The notes: generated by a model not told the origin, from the letters alone. Numbered from the stretch's first letter, positions 29,665 through 45,133 are shown. The stretch: 64,000 nucleotides of DNA from Octopus vulgaris (GCA_951406725.2 OX597824.1:69750001-69814000); one strand, 5' to 3'. Program-made: numbers and translations.

Positions 29665-29935
29665 CAGGGCTGTGGAGTCGAAGCAAAAACTTCAACTCCG
29701 ACTCCTCTACTACTGGCACCTCCGACTACGACTCCTCTTTCTGTAATTAAGTCATTGTGTTCTACATATCGCATAAAGCATGCTTGTACTTTGAGTAGGC
29801 CTATATGTTATAACTGGTTTGTATTAGAAAAATAAAGATACTATGAGTCGGAAACCGTATAGTTTTACCGACACCGATCCCGATTCTAGCTACCCCTTAA
29901 TTGTTTCCGACTCCAAATCCGACTCCACAACCCTG
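29665..29935. mobile_element. hAT-family MITE
   Basis: TIRs CAGGGCTGTGGAGTCG / CGACTCCACAACCCTG, perfect 8-bp TSD GTTATAAC, subterminal GACTCC repeats. It abuts a CR1/Jockey-like 3' fragment (PRTSVLWNS, ~29420-29660, minus). Confidence 0.92.
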
Positions 29936-30341
29936 GTTATAACTAAAAGTCCCATTCAAAACGAATGTCCTAATAAACTGGACTATACGTTTCAGCATTG
30001 TGTGTCACTTCTAACAGTAATTATTTATTCTGATCTTATTCTTAAACTTTAAAATGAATAACCTTATTCTAATACGCACACACAAATGCATATATATATA
30101 TATATGTATGCATATGTGTATATGTATGTATGTATATGTTTATGCATGTAGATATACGAGGGGGTTGAGGGAAAGAGGAAGGGAGAGAAACAGAAGACTT
30201 AAGGAGCTTCAGGTGGTTTAGCCTAGAATAAAGACGACTTAAGGATATAAGATAATCTTAGAGCCATTATTTATTATGTACATTAGGAAGGATTATTATA
30301 TGTGTGTATGTGTGGTGTGAGGAGACAGGTTAGATGGTGCA

Positions 30342-30440
<99 letters not shown>

Positions 30441-30456
30441 AGTAGTATATATATAT

Positions 30457-30755
30457 GCGGCCTAGTAGTTAGAGTAGCGGACTCGCAGGCGAAGGATCAC
30501 GTGTTCGAATCTCAGACCGGGCGATGTGTGTGTGTTTACGAGGGAAACACCTAAAAGCTCCACGCGGCTCCGGCAGACGGTAATGCCGAAGTTCTGCTGA
30601 CTCTTTCGCCACAACTTTCCCCTACTCTTTCCGCCTGCATCTAGCAGCTCACCTGTGACGGAACGACGTCCCGTCCAGGTGAGGAAACTATACGCCAATG
30701 AAACCGGGAAACCGGCCCCTTATGGCTCGAGAAGGAACAAATAACAAACAACACA
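30457..30755 (+). mobile_element. SINE family E
   Basis: tRNA-like head GGCCTAGTAGTTAGAGTAGCGG...GTTCGAATCTC, Meta-like CCTGTGACGGAACGACGTCCCGTCCAGG, (AAC)-rich tail. Confidence 0.75.
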
Positions 30756-31193
30756 CACACACACACACACACACACACAGCAATGAGGTACATGTATATT
30801 CGTCCTGGATATATTATTGTTTCGACTTTAGCTTTACTGCATGCACGTGAGGATTTCATGAGTATGTACATAGGTATGCATGCATGCATGCATGTATGTA
30901 TGTATGTATGTATGTATGTATGTATGTATGTATGTATGTATGTATGAATGTATGTAAGTGAATGTATTTTTATTAATATTTAGCAAAGTAACAGAGTGAC
31001 CAAAGGTCCGAGAGCTTCGAGCGTTGGCGCTTATTAAACTAGTCACAGGTCGAAGGCCTGTGAGTTTATAAAGCTGTTGATAAATGAATAAATAATTTTC
31101 CATATGGAATGTAGTAGAACGAATTATAATAATGTTACGTGGATTATTCAAAAAGTTAGCCCGCTATGTCGTTCAATAGGCAATTACGTAGAT

Positions 31194-31370
31194 AAACAAG
31201 AGTCCATAAAAATTCCCGGATCACTACCAAAATTTCCTCATCTGTTCCTTGTGTCATTACCAACTTCTGCAAGTTTCATTAACTAACGTTGACAACTTTT
31301 TAAGTTATTTTGCACACAGACGGACTAACGCCGATGAAAATATAACCTCCTTCCTTGGCAGAGGTAATAA
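31194..31370 (+). mobile_element. Helentron-associated (DINE-1/HINE-like) non-autonomous element
   Basis: AAACAAG start and terminal palindrome AACCTCCTTCCTTGGCAGAGGTAATAA. Confidence 0.5.
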
Positions 31371-31714
31371 CAAAAGAAATAAAGAATATATACATACGTA
31401 CATACATACATGCATGCATACATACCTACATACACATAGATACATATATTTTATATTGGACTGATGTACATATGTCAATTAGTGTGTTAATGTGTCAGGT
31501 AAAGCACCGGCGCAGTTTGGCCTACCTGGTATCATCAACAGTTGGATTATATTTCTGTCCGATCTACTTCAGGAATTTCGCAGTGTTCGTTCAGAATATA
31601 ACCGATAAAAGAAACAGAAGATAGATTTGATATAAATAGTTATTTTGCACGATGATCGGACGATCGTCGTACAAAATAAAGAGTTATACTAAATCAACTT
31701 TCTGTTTCCTTAAT

Positions 31715-31824
<110 letters not shown>

Positions 31825-31844
31825 GAGAGAGAGAGAGAGAGAGA

Positions 31845-32005
31845 GACGTAGGAGTGGCTGTATGGTAAGTAACTTGCTTACTAACCACATAGTTCTGGGT
31901 TCAGTCCCACTGCGTGGTACCTTGGGCAAGTGTCTTCCACTATAGCCTCGGGCCGACCAAAGCCTTGTGAGTGGATTTGGTAGACGGAAACTGAAAGAAG
32001 CCCGT

Positions 32006-32050
<45 letters not shown>

Positions 32051-32475
32051 ATTTCTCTTTTAATCGTTTTAGTCATTGGACTGCAGTCATCGTGGGGCAC
32101 CACCATATAAGGATAAATCGAGCAAGTCGACCTCAATTCATACTTTTTTAAAGTCTAGCTCTTATTCTAACTCACTCTTTTGCCCGAACCGCTTAGTTAC
32201 GGTGACATAAGCAAACCAACACCAATTGTCAAGGGTCGTAGGAGACAAACACGGGCGTTCATGTACACGCGTGCAGACAGACAAGCACTAACACACATAT
32301 GTATATAAATATCCGGACGATTTCTTTCAGTTTCCTTCTACCAAATCTGCTCAGAAGGTTTTGGTCGACCGGGGCTATTAGTGGAAGACAGTTGCTCAAG
32401 GACCCTCTCTGTAGGAAAGAACCCAGGGCCATGTGACTGGGAAACAAACTGCTTACCACACAGCCTCGCCTGCGC
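31845..32475. mobile_element. Inverted SINE A pair (+ 31845-32008, - 32050-32475)
   Basis: Family A 5' half on plus; diverged copy on minus. Confidence 0.8.
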
Positions 32476-32528
32476 TCATGCGCTCGGAGACACACATACA
32501 TACATACATACATACATACATACATACA

Positions 32529-32560
<32 letters not shown>

Positions 32561-33823
32561 CACATACATACATACTTACATACATATATACATGCATACA
32601 TATATACATGATTAAAAAATATAAAAGATATATATACAAACATGAGTTTTGGAAATTAGCTATGCGTTTTTGTGTCTGTGTTTGTCACTGCTTGACAACC
32701 AGTATTGGTGTGTTTGTGTCTCCGTAACTTAGCGATTCCACGAGAGAGGCCGATAGGATAAGTATGAGACTTTAAAATGAAAGTATCAGGATCGATTCAT
32801 CCGACTGAAAATTCTCCAAGGCAGTGCCTCAGCATGGCCGCAATCTAATAACTGAAGTAAAAAATAGAATACAAAGAAGAAAGTATATCCATGTGCAAAA
32901 AAGAAAGATCTGGTTTCTTGCAATGAGACAATGCTCCATCGTCGGTATATATGTAGAGAACCAAAACCAAGCCACATGTTGAAGTTGATGAAAGTTTTGC
33001 ATATTTATACGGTTCCGCTTACAAACTCTATTTGTAATGCGTGCGGTGGTTAATTTCTTTTTCTGAAAGCCCCAGCTTTCCCAGATTGGAACGTAGGTAT
33101 TTACTAACATAACTAAGAGGACCACTCATTGTTTGTATAAATGTGTGAAGTTATAATCTGTGAATAGAAGCTGAAGGTTTCGATGCAGTAGTCCGTAGTT
33201 ATCCTCTTTCACTTTGATTTTGTATGTGTGTATGTATGTATCATATATGTTTACACACACATACATTTTTTCTGCGTATATGGCTGTTTATTTTACATAT
33301 GACTTATATTGGCGGTTAATGGACAGACTATGCTTAATGGATATGGTACACATTTTTTTCAAAGATGCATTTGTTTATTTAAACGTAAGTTAATGACCTC
33401 TTGGTGAAATGATGTCACCAGTTATCATAATAAAGTGTCTAGATTAATTTCTTTGGCTTCGACCTATGTACCCGAATTTTATAATTATATGAGTTTAGAT
33501 TCTGATGTAATAAGTTAATTATAGGCATAAAACACAGTGGAATAGTGGAAGTGGTATTATTAAATGACGGCGCACAAAGAAGCGTTTAGTGAAATATATA
33601 CTTGTACAATTACATTTAACACGTCCCTGTGACCCAGACGTGGGAAAACCATTCGCTTCGGAAATAGTCTTGAAAGGAACATCTCTTCATAGAAAATGTG
33701 TTTAAACACTCATGGTTATGAAGAAGTCAGTGGTTCGTAAGAAGTATGCGCTTCCGCAAAGTTACTCTTCATCAGCCCCGAACAACGAATTAGTCGTTCA
33801 CAATCCTGTAATAACAGTTGTTT

Positions 33824-33878
<55 letters not shown>

Positions 33879-33931
33879 ATATATATGATATATATATGAT
33901 ATATATATATATGTATATGTATATGTATATA

Positions 33932-34015
<84 letters not shown>

Positions 34016-34056
34016 TATATCATATATATATCATATATATATCATATATATCATAT

Positions 34057-35302
34057 ATGTCCGACTTTTGAATAAAGGAAACAAGTGATCAAATGTTATA
34101 TCTAATTGAAATTTAATCATCAAGGTACTCTCCCTGATTATCTATGACTTCCTTTCATGTATTTACACGCTTTTTAATCCCATCAATGTAAAACTCTTAT
34201 TGGTTTCAAAGCGAAGAACTCTGAAATGTCAGTTTCGACCTCCTCCTGGCTTGCGAAAGTTATGTCCCCAAAATGATTCTATAAACTACGAAACAATTAG
34301 TAGTCTGAAGGAGCAAGGTCGGGAGAATAAGGTGGATGAGGAACTTTTTCCCAACCAAGCTATTCGATCTTCTGTGATGTGATCTTTGCGGTGTGGGGTC
34401 GCACATTGTCCTGATGAAACATCACTCCTTTTCGATTCACTTGGTTCAAACGCTCTAATTGCTGACAGTAGACTTGAGCATTGATTGTTGCATTAGGTGG
34501 TAACAATTCAAAGTGAATTACTCCTTTGCAATCCCATTAGATAGAGAGAAGAACCCTTTTCCCATGAAGTTTCCTTCTCGGTTGTGGTTGAGCTTTTTCT
34601 CCTTTACCAAGCAACTGTTTTACGACGTTTAACATTTCGATAGAAGATCCATTTTTCGCCACCAGTCACAAGTCTATCCAAAAGAGGTGAAATGAGTTCG
34701 TAAGAATGGAGAGAAGAGTAGATGTCAAAGCAGGATTCGCGGTTGCTTTCGGAAAATTGATGAAGCACCCATTTTACAAGTTTGGGAACCTTTCCAAGTA
34801 CTTGAAGATGACGATGAACAGTCGTATGGTTTGAACTAAGCTTTATTGCCAATTCTTCAACTGATAATGCAGGGTTTTTTTTTTCAAGTAATGCCTCAAG
34901 GAGCTTATCATCAAACTCAACTGGACGTCCTGTTTGATCTTCATCTTCAAGGCTAAAATCTCCACTTCTGAATGTTGCAAACCATCTTCTGCAAGTTCTT
35001 TCATTCAAGCATTCTTTCCCATAAACTGAGTGTATGTTTCGAGTTGCTTCGGCTGCAGAATTTCCTTTTTTGTACTCATAAAGCATTAAGTGCCTTAAAT
35101 GCTCTTTGGATACTTCCATGTTAGAAAGGGTTTTAATCAAATAAAATTAAAAACTATTATTCTGTAAAATAATATTTAATTAGTTTAAATGTACACAAAT
35201 GCATAAAAATAATTTTAAATTCTATTAGACATTCTAAAATACTATTAAATTTCATTCAATTTTTAAAAAAGGTAAAATCGGACAGAACTTATGGGATGAC
35301 CG
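34057..35302 (-). mobile_element. Mariner transposon (cecropia-like), pseudogenised
   Basis: ORF MEVSKEHLRHLMLYEYKKG...WVLHQ...LDRLVTGGEKW, then HQDNVRPH and YSPDLAPSDY. TIR-like TTATGGGATGACC at ~35300 is related to the TIR of 9748-10747. Confidence 0.95.
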
Positions 35303-35885
35303 CAAAGTTTTGTCAAGGTAGAATTAATTAACTGATTGATAGCGCACGAAGCAGTGTTGAATGAAATATACATGTGTACAATCATATGTAATACGTTCGT
35401 CTACACTCGGATGTGAAATAATATGCTGAAGATCTTAGATCCACTGATTCCCATGCAGGTATGTACGGTTATATAAAAAAAAAATTACAACTGACAAGGT
35501 AAGGTACTTTTAATAAAATCGGGTGATTTTATTTCTAGATAAAAAAATGGAAAATACAATGCAGGATTGAATCTGGCTTTTAACTCAGTTTGGTTATTTT
35601 GGGGTGTTTCAAATATTCATAGGAGTTTCTGTTTACAAATTGCGTAGATAGTCTCAGATAGTCAAATGTTGTTAAAATCACTGTATTTCAAATGTGAGTC
35701 ATAGCTTATCTTTTTCCTCCGATTTCTTATATAATCATGATCAAAGGCTTTCCAATCTAGTCATGACCATCCCGTTTAGAATTACAGTTACAGTTTCCAA
35801 TGTTCTATTATTACATTATCATGCGAGTTCTTACTCCTTTAAGACGGTAAAGTATAGTCTGAAGGAGATATAGCTACTATTTCTA

Positions 35886-37069
35886 TCAGGTTGAGTAAAA
35901 AGTAAGCAAAGTTTTGAACCATGAAGAATTTGTACCGGTGTTTTGAATTTTAATGCTGATAATAGACTTGGAATTTTTTTCACAAGCACAATATTCGAAC
36001 AATTTTGATATTCAACTTCAAGAAAGGACGTATAGCAGCTGAAACTGCTTGTGATATCAAGGAAACGTTTGGTGAAGAAATGACCAGTAAGTGGTCAGCT
36101 CGAAAATGGTTTAAACTATTTCGCAGAGACCTGAGCCTTGAAGATCGTGAGCGTAGTGGACGCCCATCTGTGGATCTTTTTCAATGACGGTATTTAATTG
36201 ACCATCATAGAGAAAGATCCACGTAAAACCACTCGTGAACTGGCAAAATATCTTCAAGTTAGCCAGAAAACTGCCTGCAACCATTTGCAATCGATCGGAA
36301 AATCAAAAGAGCTCGATAAATGGGTACCATACGATTTGAAAGAAAGTCAGAAAATGCACAGTTACGAAATTTGCTCGTCGCTTCTCCGTAACTAGATAGA
36401 TCCATTTCTCGACCGTATTGTAACTTGCGATGGAAAGTGGATTCTGTACAATAATAAAAAAGTATTCTTCGCAGTGGTTGGACCAAAATGAAGTACCGAA
36501 AGCCTTCTCTAAACCCAAGCTCTTCAAAAAGAGGGCTATGGTGACTGTTTGGTAGTATACTGCTGGACTAATCCACTATAACTTCTTAAAACCCTGAAAA
36601 ACCATTATTGCAGAAACACATTGCCATGAAATTGCCAAAGTGAACGAAAGGCTGCTACTCCTCCGTATCCGATTGGTCTACAGAAGAGTGCCAATCATTC
36701 TTCTTGACAATGCTTGACCACACGTTTCACTAATGACGCTCCAGAAGTTGAAGGAACTTGACTACGAAGTTCTTCCCCATCCAGCTTATTCCCCAGATTT
36801 TTCTCCTACCGACTACCACTTTTTCAGGCACCTTGATGGTTTCCTGTGAGAGAAGGAGTTCAAAAATCAAACAGTTGCTGAAAGTGCATTCAAAGAGTTC
36901 ATCAGTTCCAGAACTCCAGATTTTTATGTTATTGGAATAAACAAACTCGTTGGCAAAAATGTGTTGATTGTAATGGTACTTATTTTGATGAATAAAATTT
37001 CCACATCGTTGAAATATATTGTGATGAATTTCACGTTTGAAAACGTTGCTTACTTTTTACTCAGCCTGA
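35886..37069 (+). mobile_element. Mariner transposon (Hsmar1-like), full-length but pseudogenised
   Basis: TA|TCAGGTTGAGTAAAAAGTAAGCAA ... TTGCTTACTTTTTACTCAGCCTGA|TA; motifs WVPYDL, FLDRIVTCDGKW, YSPDFSPTDYH; multiple stops and frameshifts. Confidence 0.96.
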
Positions 37070-38661
37070 TAGTTAGTCAAGCCACTACCTACAGGGTTCT
37101 TTCTTTGCCGTATGCAAATCTCATTTAAATATGTATGAAATAATATTGATGTAATAATATTGATGTAATTTCTATTTTTTTCTTGAAGAGGGAGCGGATA
37201 TGCTGATGTCGTCATCGTAATCGTCTTGATTATATATATGTTAAATTCTACATTATATTAAAGAGTACACGAAGCACCAGCTTAGCGGCGTTTCGTCCGT
37301 CTGTACTTTTTAAATTCGAATTCCGCCAAGGTCGACTTTACTTTTCCTTCATTCGAGGTCAATAAAATAAGTCGCGATTGAACACTGGTGTTGATATCGA
37401 TTACATGTAATAGACTATACCGCTACCTTAAAATTTCAAACCTTGTGCCTATAACAGAAAGGATTATTATTATATGAGTATATACTGAAGAGATTTTTCA
37501 CCGCTGACATCTGTCAGTAAATGACTTTCACCTCTTAAACTGCAATCATTTAAAACAAATAATCTCTTTTAAACAATAATGTGTGTAACCACAAAGATTA
37601 TAGTTATTGTCTTTAGATGTATTCGTTACGCTTAGAATGTTTCAGAGCTGTAGGCAATGACGTGTACAAATACTGCCTCCGGTATTTTTGTTTTCAAAGT
37701 TTTTTGGGTGCACTTACGTATCTCTTTACTCTTGAGTATAATGTTACTCCACCGTTAATATCTACACTAATTTCTTTTTTATATTTTTATATTAACCATC
37801 TTGTATCATACGTGAGTAAAAAAGTATGAGCGAGCTTAAACTTGAATATAACTAACTAGCTAGGACTTCTAATTTCAAATAAATGAATAAATAAATAGAT
37901 AAATAAATAAATTAGGGGAAACAAATAGCCCCAAAATGCCGAGAAACCATTCATACATGTTTAAAATCTTATTATTTACCAAATGACATAATAATATCTC
38001 ATATTATACATGATTAAAATGGTACATATGAATTTAAAACTTGAGCAAGATTCAATAAATACAGCATCTAAGCAATGGAAAAAATGTGACAGAAACAAAC
38101 AGCCCTAAAATGGCGGCGACGTCATTTCATATATGTCGAATAGCTTGGTATTATTTACCAGATTACATGAAAAATATCTCCTCATTTACATCAGCTTGGT
38201 TGAACACAAAGTCGTTATAAGCATTACTTTAAAGTATTTAGTGCTTATCAATAGATTTAGTGGGAAGGATAGGAGTGCAATAAATGGAGATTTGTGGCGG
38301 ATTTAGCAGTTTGAATGTTTCAAAGTGATGACAAGCAGTCGGCCGGATCTAAGATTAAATAATCGTATAAATTCAGTTGCAGGTTTTGGGAGGGGGTTTT
38401 CTTTTCGTTTTTAAATGTTTCGTATTTACCTTAAGGCTTTCGAAGATCTAGTTAAGGTGGATGTTGTATGGATTACGTTAAAGAGGTATCAGAGGGGAAA
38501 TAGAACGCAGGGAGTGAATGTATGCATATAGACAAAAAAGTATACGCACTTGCATAAATACATACACGTGTGTGTGTGTGTATGTGTGTGTACACTCTTA
38601 CTATGTATATTATATATTTGTCTGTGTGCGTGCGTGTATATTTAGTTATATAAGCATATGT

Positions 38662-38706
<45 letters not shown>

Positions 38707-38846
38707 TATGTGTTTCTGTGTGTGTATGTATGTGTGTATACAGGGATAGACAGAAAAATAGATAAATAAATAGATGATGGATAGACAGCCAAACAGACAG
38801 GCAGGCAAAGAGTGAGGCAGACAGACAGACACAGACACAAACACAC

Positions 38847-38949
<103 letters not shown>

Positions 38950-39108
38950 AAAATGTATTGAGGAAAGTGTTGATGTATTCATGTATGTACATTGCATAAG
39001 TGTGTGGAAGAGTGTACGCATACATGCGTATAGTTGTAAAAAATTATATATACATACATTCATACATATATATATATATAAAATGCTTCAAGCGAACTAC
39101 AATACACT

Positions 39109-39157
<49 letters not shown>

Positions 39158-39567
39158 GAGATCGTTCTTTTATGTTCATGTATATGCGACTATCGGTTCT
39201 CATTGGAGTACCTTGGGTCTCTGTGTTCTATAAAGCAACAAACTATGTGTATAATTCTTGGCCAACTAAGTCCAAAGAGACCCGACTGGGGTAAGTTCTA
39301 TTCGTTTAGTGCTGTTTCCTTTTGCACGACTAGTTTATCTGACCTTAAAAACTTTTTTATGAAAGAATTTTAGCAGATTTTTCTCCCTCTCTTATGATCC
39401 CGCACCATTCCTTTTAATCTACACTAGTTCAAACCCATTGGTACGCTGCCGGATTAAAATATTTCTAAATTATGCATGTACCTTTATAAATTATGCAAAT
39501 AATGTTAAGATACACTTTCTTGGTGAACGTTAGTAACAGAATATAACATATGAAAATCAGATTATAC

Positions 39568-39605
<38 letters not shown>

Positions 39606-39670
39606 TAGATAGATAGATAGATAGATATAGATATAGATATAGATATATATATATATATATATAGATATAG

Positions 39671-39972
<302 letters not shown>

Positions 39973-40004
39973 TATATATATATATAAATATATATATATA
40001 TATG

Positions 40005-40342
40005 GCTCAGATATAAGGGCAAGGTGAAGAGTAATCTTTCAACTGTGTCGATAACTCACAACACCTTTGAGCAAAGCGCCTTAGAGCGAACAAAATGGAG
40101 ATCGTGGTTTCAAAATATAATAAGAAACTTGGCTGCAACCAGCATTAACAGATTTCGTGGTGCAAGGCAAAGGAGAAAAGCGGCTGCAAATATACACCAC
40201 CTGCACTGACCTGTAATCCTCATACTTGCAGCATATGTGGACTTCTTTGAAAATCGTATGTCACATTCGACATAAGAATTGTGACTGACAAAGAAAGAGT
40301 AGGTTGTCAGATCCTCATACGTTGAAAAAGACGGGATTGTCC
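40005..40342 (+). mobile_element. RTE LINE 3' end
   Basis: MKSNLSTVSI...SALERTKWR...RQRRK...HTCSICG. Confidence 0.75.
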
Positions 40343-40406
40343 ATATATACATATATCACCCACAGTCCACGTGCAGTTTTTTATATACATACGTACATAC
40401 ATACAT

Positions 40407-40471
<65 letters not shown>

Positions 40472-40714
40472 CATATATACATACATACACATATATATAT
40501 ATACATATATATATATATACATATATATATACACATATATATACACACATATATATATATACACACATATATATATACACACACACACACACACGCATAT
40601 ATATATGTGTATGTATGTGTGTATGTATATATGTATGCATATATTTATATATGTATATATGGATGTATATACATATATAAATATATGTATATATATGTAT
40701 ATGTATATATACAT

Positions 40715-40821
<107 letters not shown>

Positions 40822-40843
40822 CACACACACACTCACACACACA

Positions 40844-41941
40844 CTAGTTGAATTAACCGGTAATACCCGGAAAAGCGGAAGTTATTTCCAGATCCCGTTC
40901 CAATTATACTGCTTCATGTTCTATCCCGTTCCCTGTTTAGTTCCTGTTTAAATTACAAAAATTACAAAGAGACTTACAAATACACGGTGACGGGCAATAG
41001 ATTTAGAAACACTTGGAAGTAATGCGATTGAATCATAAAATTGATTGATTGCAATGGTAAGGTAATATCAAAGTTGAATTGGTGGATGTTTGGAAGGATG
41101 GAAGGATTGACGATGTGTGACTATGAAACGATTAATGATTGATTATTATCAATTTTGCAGAGCCTCTTGATATGCTACATTTTTAGTCTAGCTCTCTGGA
41201 GCATAAGCAAACGATCTGGATTGTCGGCTCTTGAGCATCCTACATACAGTCAGCCATGGGAAAAACAGGTTCAGAGGCCTATCTGCCGGGAAAGGCATGG
41301 TCTGACATGGAATAAACAAAAATTTATATAAGATGTTTTGCAAACAACTTGCACATGCAAGTGCTACCAGTCAAAAACTCCGCATACCGGAAGCCAGCAA
41401 GTGTATGGGGTCATCAGAAGAGAGTGCGCGCCGTTTCGGGGCCTACCTCTCAACGGCATCAAGGCCCCGCTTGCTAGATCAGCTGGTTATCAAATAAAGC
41501 TCAATATTCTTCTAGCCATCGCTCATCGTCTCTTTTTAACCAAATCCAGTGGCTAGCCTTCTCCACTGTAGTTTGGATATCGGTCATGGTGGTATTGACT
41601 TTACGATGAGTTAGGCCTAACGATAACAACAGTCGTCTCACACTGTGTCCAACGAACCCTCTACATCCGACTTCTATTGTAAAAATTGCCCGACAACGAC
41701 GGGTTATTCATCTTTCGAAGAAAATGAAAGACATTATTATATATGGTTTTATTGTTTCGGTATGTTGGTAAAGTTTTAATAAATCTTAATACAGTGCTTT
41801 GAAAACAAATATAAATACACTTTACCTTTCACTTGTTAGTTTTACATATTTTGTTGGAGATGCTGCAAACGTTTTGACTGAGCATACTAAATTCACTAAA
41901 CCGTATGCATTAACTGATAGATAAACATTCGCTAAACACAT

Positions 41942-41979
<38 letters not shown>

Positions 41980-42257
41980 CCTGTCTTTCTATCTCCCCTC
42001 CTTCCTTATTATCAGCCACTCTCATTATGCCACCACATTTCCCTCAACCTAACACTTTCGCACCCGTCTCATTCTATCATGTAATAGCCCAACCTCCGTA
42101 GGGTGCCCATTAGCGATTTTTATTCAAATCCAGTTGACTTATAGTTGAAATGCATGTTAGTTTAATATGTATGCAAACTTTCGTGAAGATTAGTTCGTTG
42201 ATTTAGGCAGTAAAATGGTAACAGGCAGACAGAAATTGCCGTTTATACATATAATGA
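40844..42257 (-). mobile_element. Helitron remnant retaining the RepHel helicase C-terminus
   Basis: Minus 41150-41300 reads, with frameshifts, PVFSHG*LYVGCSR...TKNVAYQEAL (PIF1-like helicase motif VI). Hairpin CCGGTAATACCCGG plus CTAG at 40844. The other end (CAGAAATTGCCGTTTATA) matches the 62780-63145 Helitron. Confidence 0.7.
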
Positions 42258-42313
42258 GAGGTATCTATTTCTATATATATAATGATAGGTATCTATTTCT
42301 ATGTCATTTTGAG

Positions 42314-42349
<36 letters not shown>

Positions 42350-42493
42350 ATGTATGCATATAAGCATATATACACACTGACACATACATGTATAAGGACG
42401 TCTATTTACTTTTGACATGCCTGAGTTTATACATACATACTTACATACATCATACATATATGCATATACACATAATACATATATATATATATT

Positions 42494-42578
<85 letters not shown>

Positions 42579-42641
42579 GTATGTATATATAAGCATATAT
42601 ATATATATAGATATATATATGTATATATAAATATATATATA

Positions 42642-42673
<32 letters not shown>

Positions 42674-43075
42674 GGCGCGGGAGTGGCTGTGTGGTAAGTA
42701 GCTTGCTTCCCAACCACATGGTTCCGGGTTCAGTCCCACTGCGTGGCATCTTGGGCAAGTGTCTTCTGCTATAGCCCCGGGCCGACCAATGCCTTGTGAG
42801 TGGATTTGGTAGACGGAAACTGAAAGAAGCCTGTCGTATATATGTATATATATATGTGTGTGTGTTTGTGTGTCTGTGTTTGTCCCCCTAGCATTGCTTG
42901 ACAACCGATGCTGGTGTGTTTACGTCCCCGTCACTTAGCGGTTCGGCAAAAAATAGACCGATAGAATAAGTACTGGGCTTACAAAGAATAAGTACCGCGG
43001 TTGATTTGCTCGACGACTAAAGGCGATGCTCCAGCATGGCCGCAGTCAAATGACTGAAACAAGCAAGTAAAGAGT
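42674..43075 (+). mobile_element. SINE family A, full length
   Basis: Matches the family consensus end to end. Confidence 0.93.
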
Positions 43076-43129
43076 ATATATATATATACATAAATTGCAT
43101 GCCAATGCCCAAGAGGTAAAATAATATGG

Positions 43130-43176
<47 letters not shown>

Positions 43177-43515
43177 AAAAATTAAGAAGACAGCAGGTTG
43201 AAAGGGGACAAAGTTTGAAAAAGTTAGAAAGAGAAAGAGGAGGAGGAGGAGGTGGAGAAGGAGGAGGTGGAGAAGGAGGAGATAAAATGACATAAGTTTT
43301 TTTTTTCGTTTATTGTCGTATGAAGTTAAAAGATAAGAGAAATGCAGGGAGGACAGAGGGAAGACACAAAGTGGTGGCGGAGCAGGCACAGTGGATAATT
43401 CGATGCGCAATAAAATATACTACTACCACTACGCCGGCGACGATGACTATTACAACTACTACTACTAACAATAATAATGATGATACCAATAATAATGATG
43501 ATGATGATGATGATG

Positions 43516-43593
<78 letters not shown>

Positions 43594-44666
43594 GAGAGAC
43601 GATGTCTTTAATTCTTTTTGTAATAAAACTAATGATAAATTTGATAGTGATGGTGGTAATGGTGGACCGGTGTAGAGAAGGTTTGTGGTGATGATAATGA
43701 TGTTGATGATGATGATGATGATATGAATAAAAGTAAGATAACAATAAAAGAAATAGACGAAAGTGATTTAAAATTATACAAAAAAATGACGTATTAAGGA
43801 AATACGAGAAAAAAACCCATTACACAAGCGATAAGTAAATAAATATTTAAATAAATAAACACAAGCTTGAAAGTGTGACAACAATAATAATAATAACAAC
43901 AACAACAACAGCAATAACATCGACATCGTTGTTGTATGATGGGGACAATAGAAGGAAGAATAGCTCTTATGTATATGTGTATGTACTTAAGAAAATTCAT
44001 ATGCGAAACATACGTACAGAGAGACGCACATACGTACATATAAATATGAATATTTATGCTTATCAATTATGGAAAAGTATATCTATACATATAATGTTTA
44101 CTTTGTATACGTATGCATACAAGCACACACGCGCGCGCACCCATACACACACACACACACATATATCTTCGTATGCGTATATTGTGTGTTTGTGTGTGTA
44201 TGGGTACATATATAAGTATATAGGCGCACTTAGAAAGAAAAGTACTTATTCAAGTCCATTTATCACACTTGGAGATGAACAAGGAAAACAATGAACAAGA
44301 GACACTTGAAGCGAAAGCTTTTGTTTCCAGACAAATACTTATCAAGTCAAAGCAACAAAGATGTCGGCATTTCTAAAGTCGTCACTAGAATATTCGTCGC
44401 CATTCCCGGCCGGAGTCTTGTCCTCTTCTTTATTCAAAGCAAAACGTTCTTACGAAATCTTTCCCCTCATCAAATTTATGTACAATGTAAACATACACAC
44501 AAACACCCATTCACATGCATGTATGACGGCCATACATGCATACAAATATACATACACACACACACGCATTTATATATATATACATACATACATATATAAA
44601 ACGAATGTAAATGTGTATATGTCTAAATATAATATTTCAATACATAAGACGTAAAAATATAATATA

Positions 44667-44712
<46 letters not shown>

Positions 44713-45133
44713 TACATAAATACGTATGTGTGTACATGTATACACACACACATATATACACACATGTACACATACATGTGTGTGAGTGTTTATGTATATG
44801 CATGCGTGAGTGTAAACGTCAGTTAGTATGCCTCCATATCATAAAGGTGTTTGTATGTGTATGTATAACGTTTATATTGAATACTGTTAAATATAATTAT
44901 ATGTAAATATTAAAATATGTATATCTATGTGCAACAAAATATATACATTCATTGCATCGATGCTTATACATATTAATGTATTATTACATGTGTACAAATT
45001 ACATATATATATACATATACATGTTTGTGTATTTGTGTGTGTACATACGCGTATGAATGAGTATATATATATGTATATGTGTATGTATATGTGCATGTAT
45101 ATGTATATGTGTATGTATATGTGCATGTATATA

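Noticed and set aside
34408-34425. CTGATGAAAC as a hammerhead core
   Set aside because: It is the antisense of the mariner FHQDN codons and has no stem II.
34604-35140. Intact or domesticated transposase (SETMAR-like)
   Set aside because: The 178-aa ORF is cut by a frameshift shortly after the first catalytic motif (itself mutated to TGGE), downstream parts contain stops, and no SET domain is nearby.
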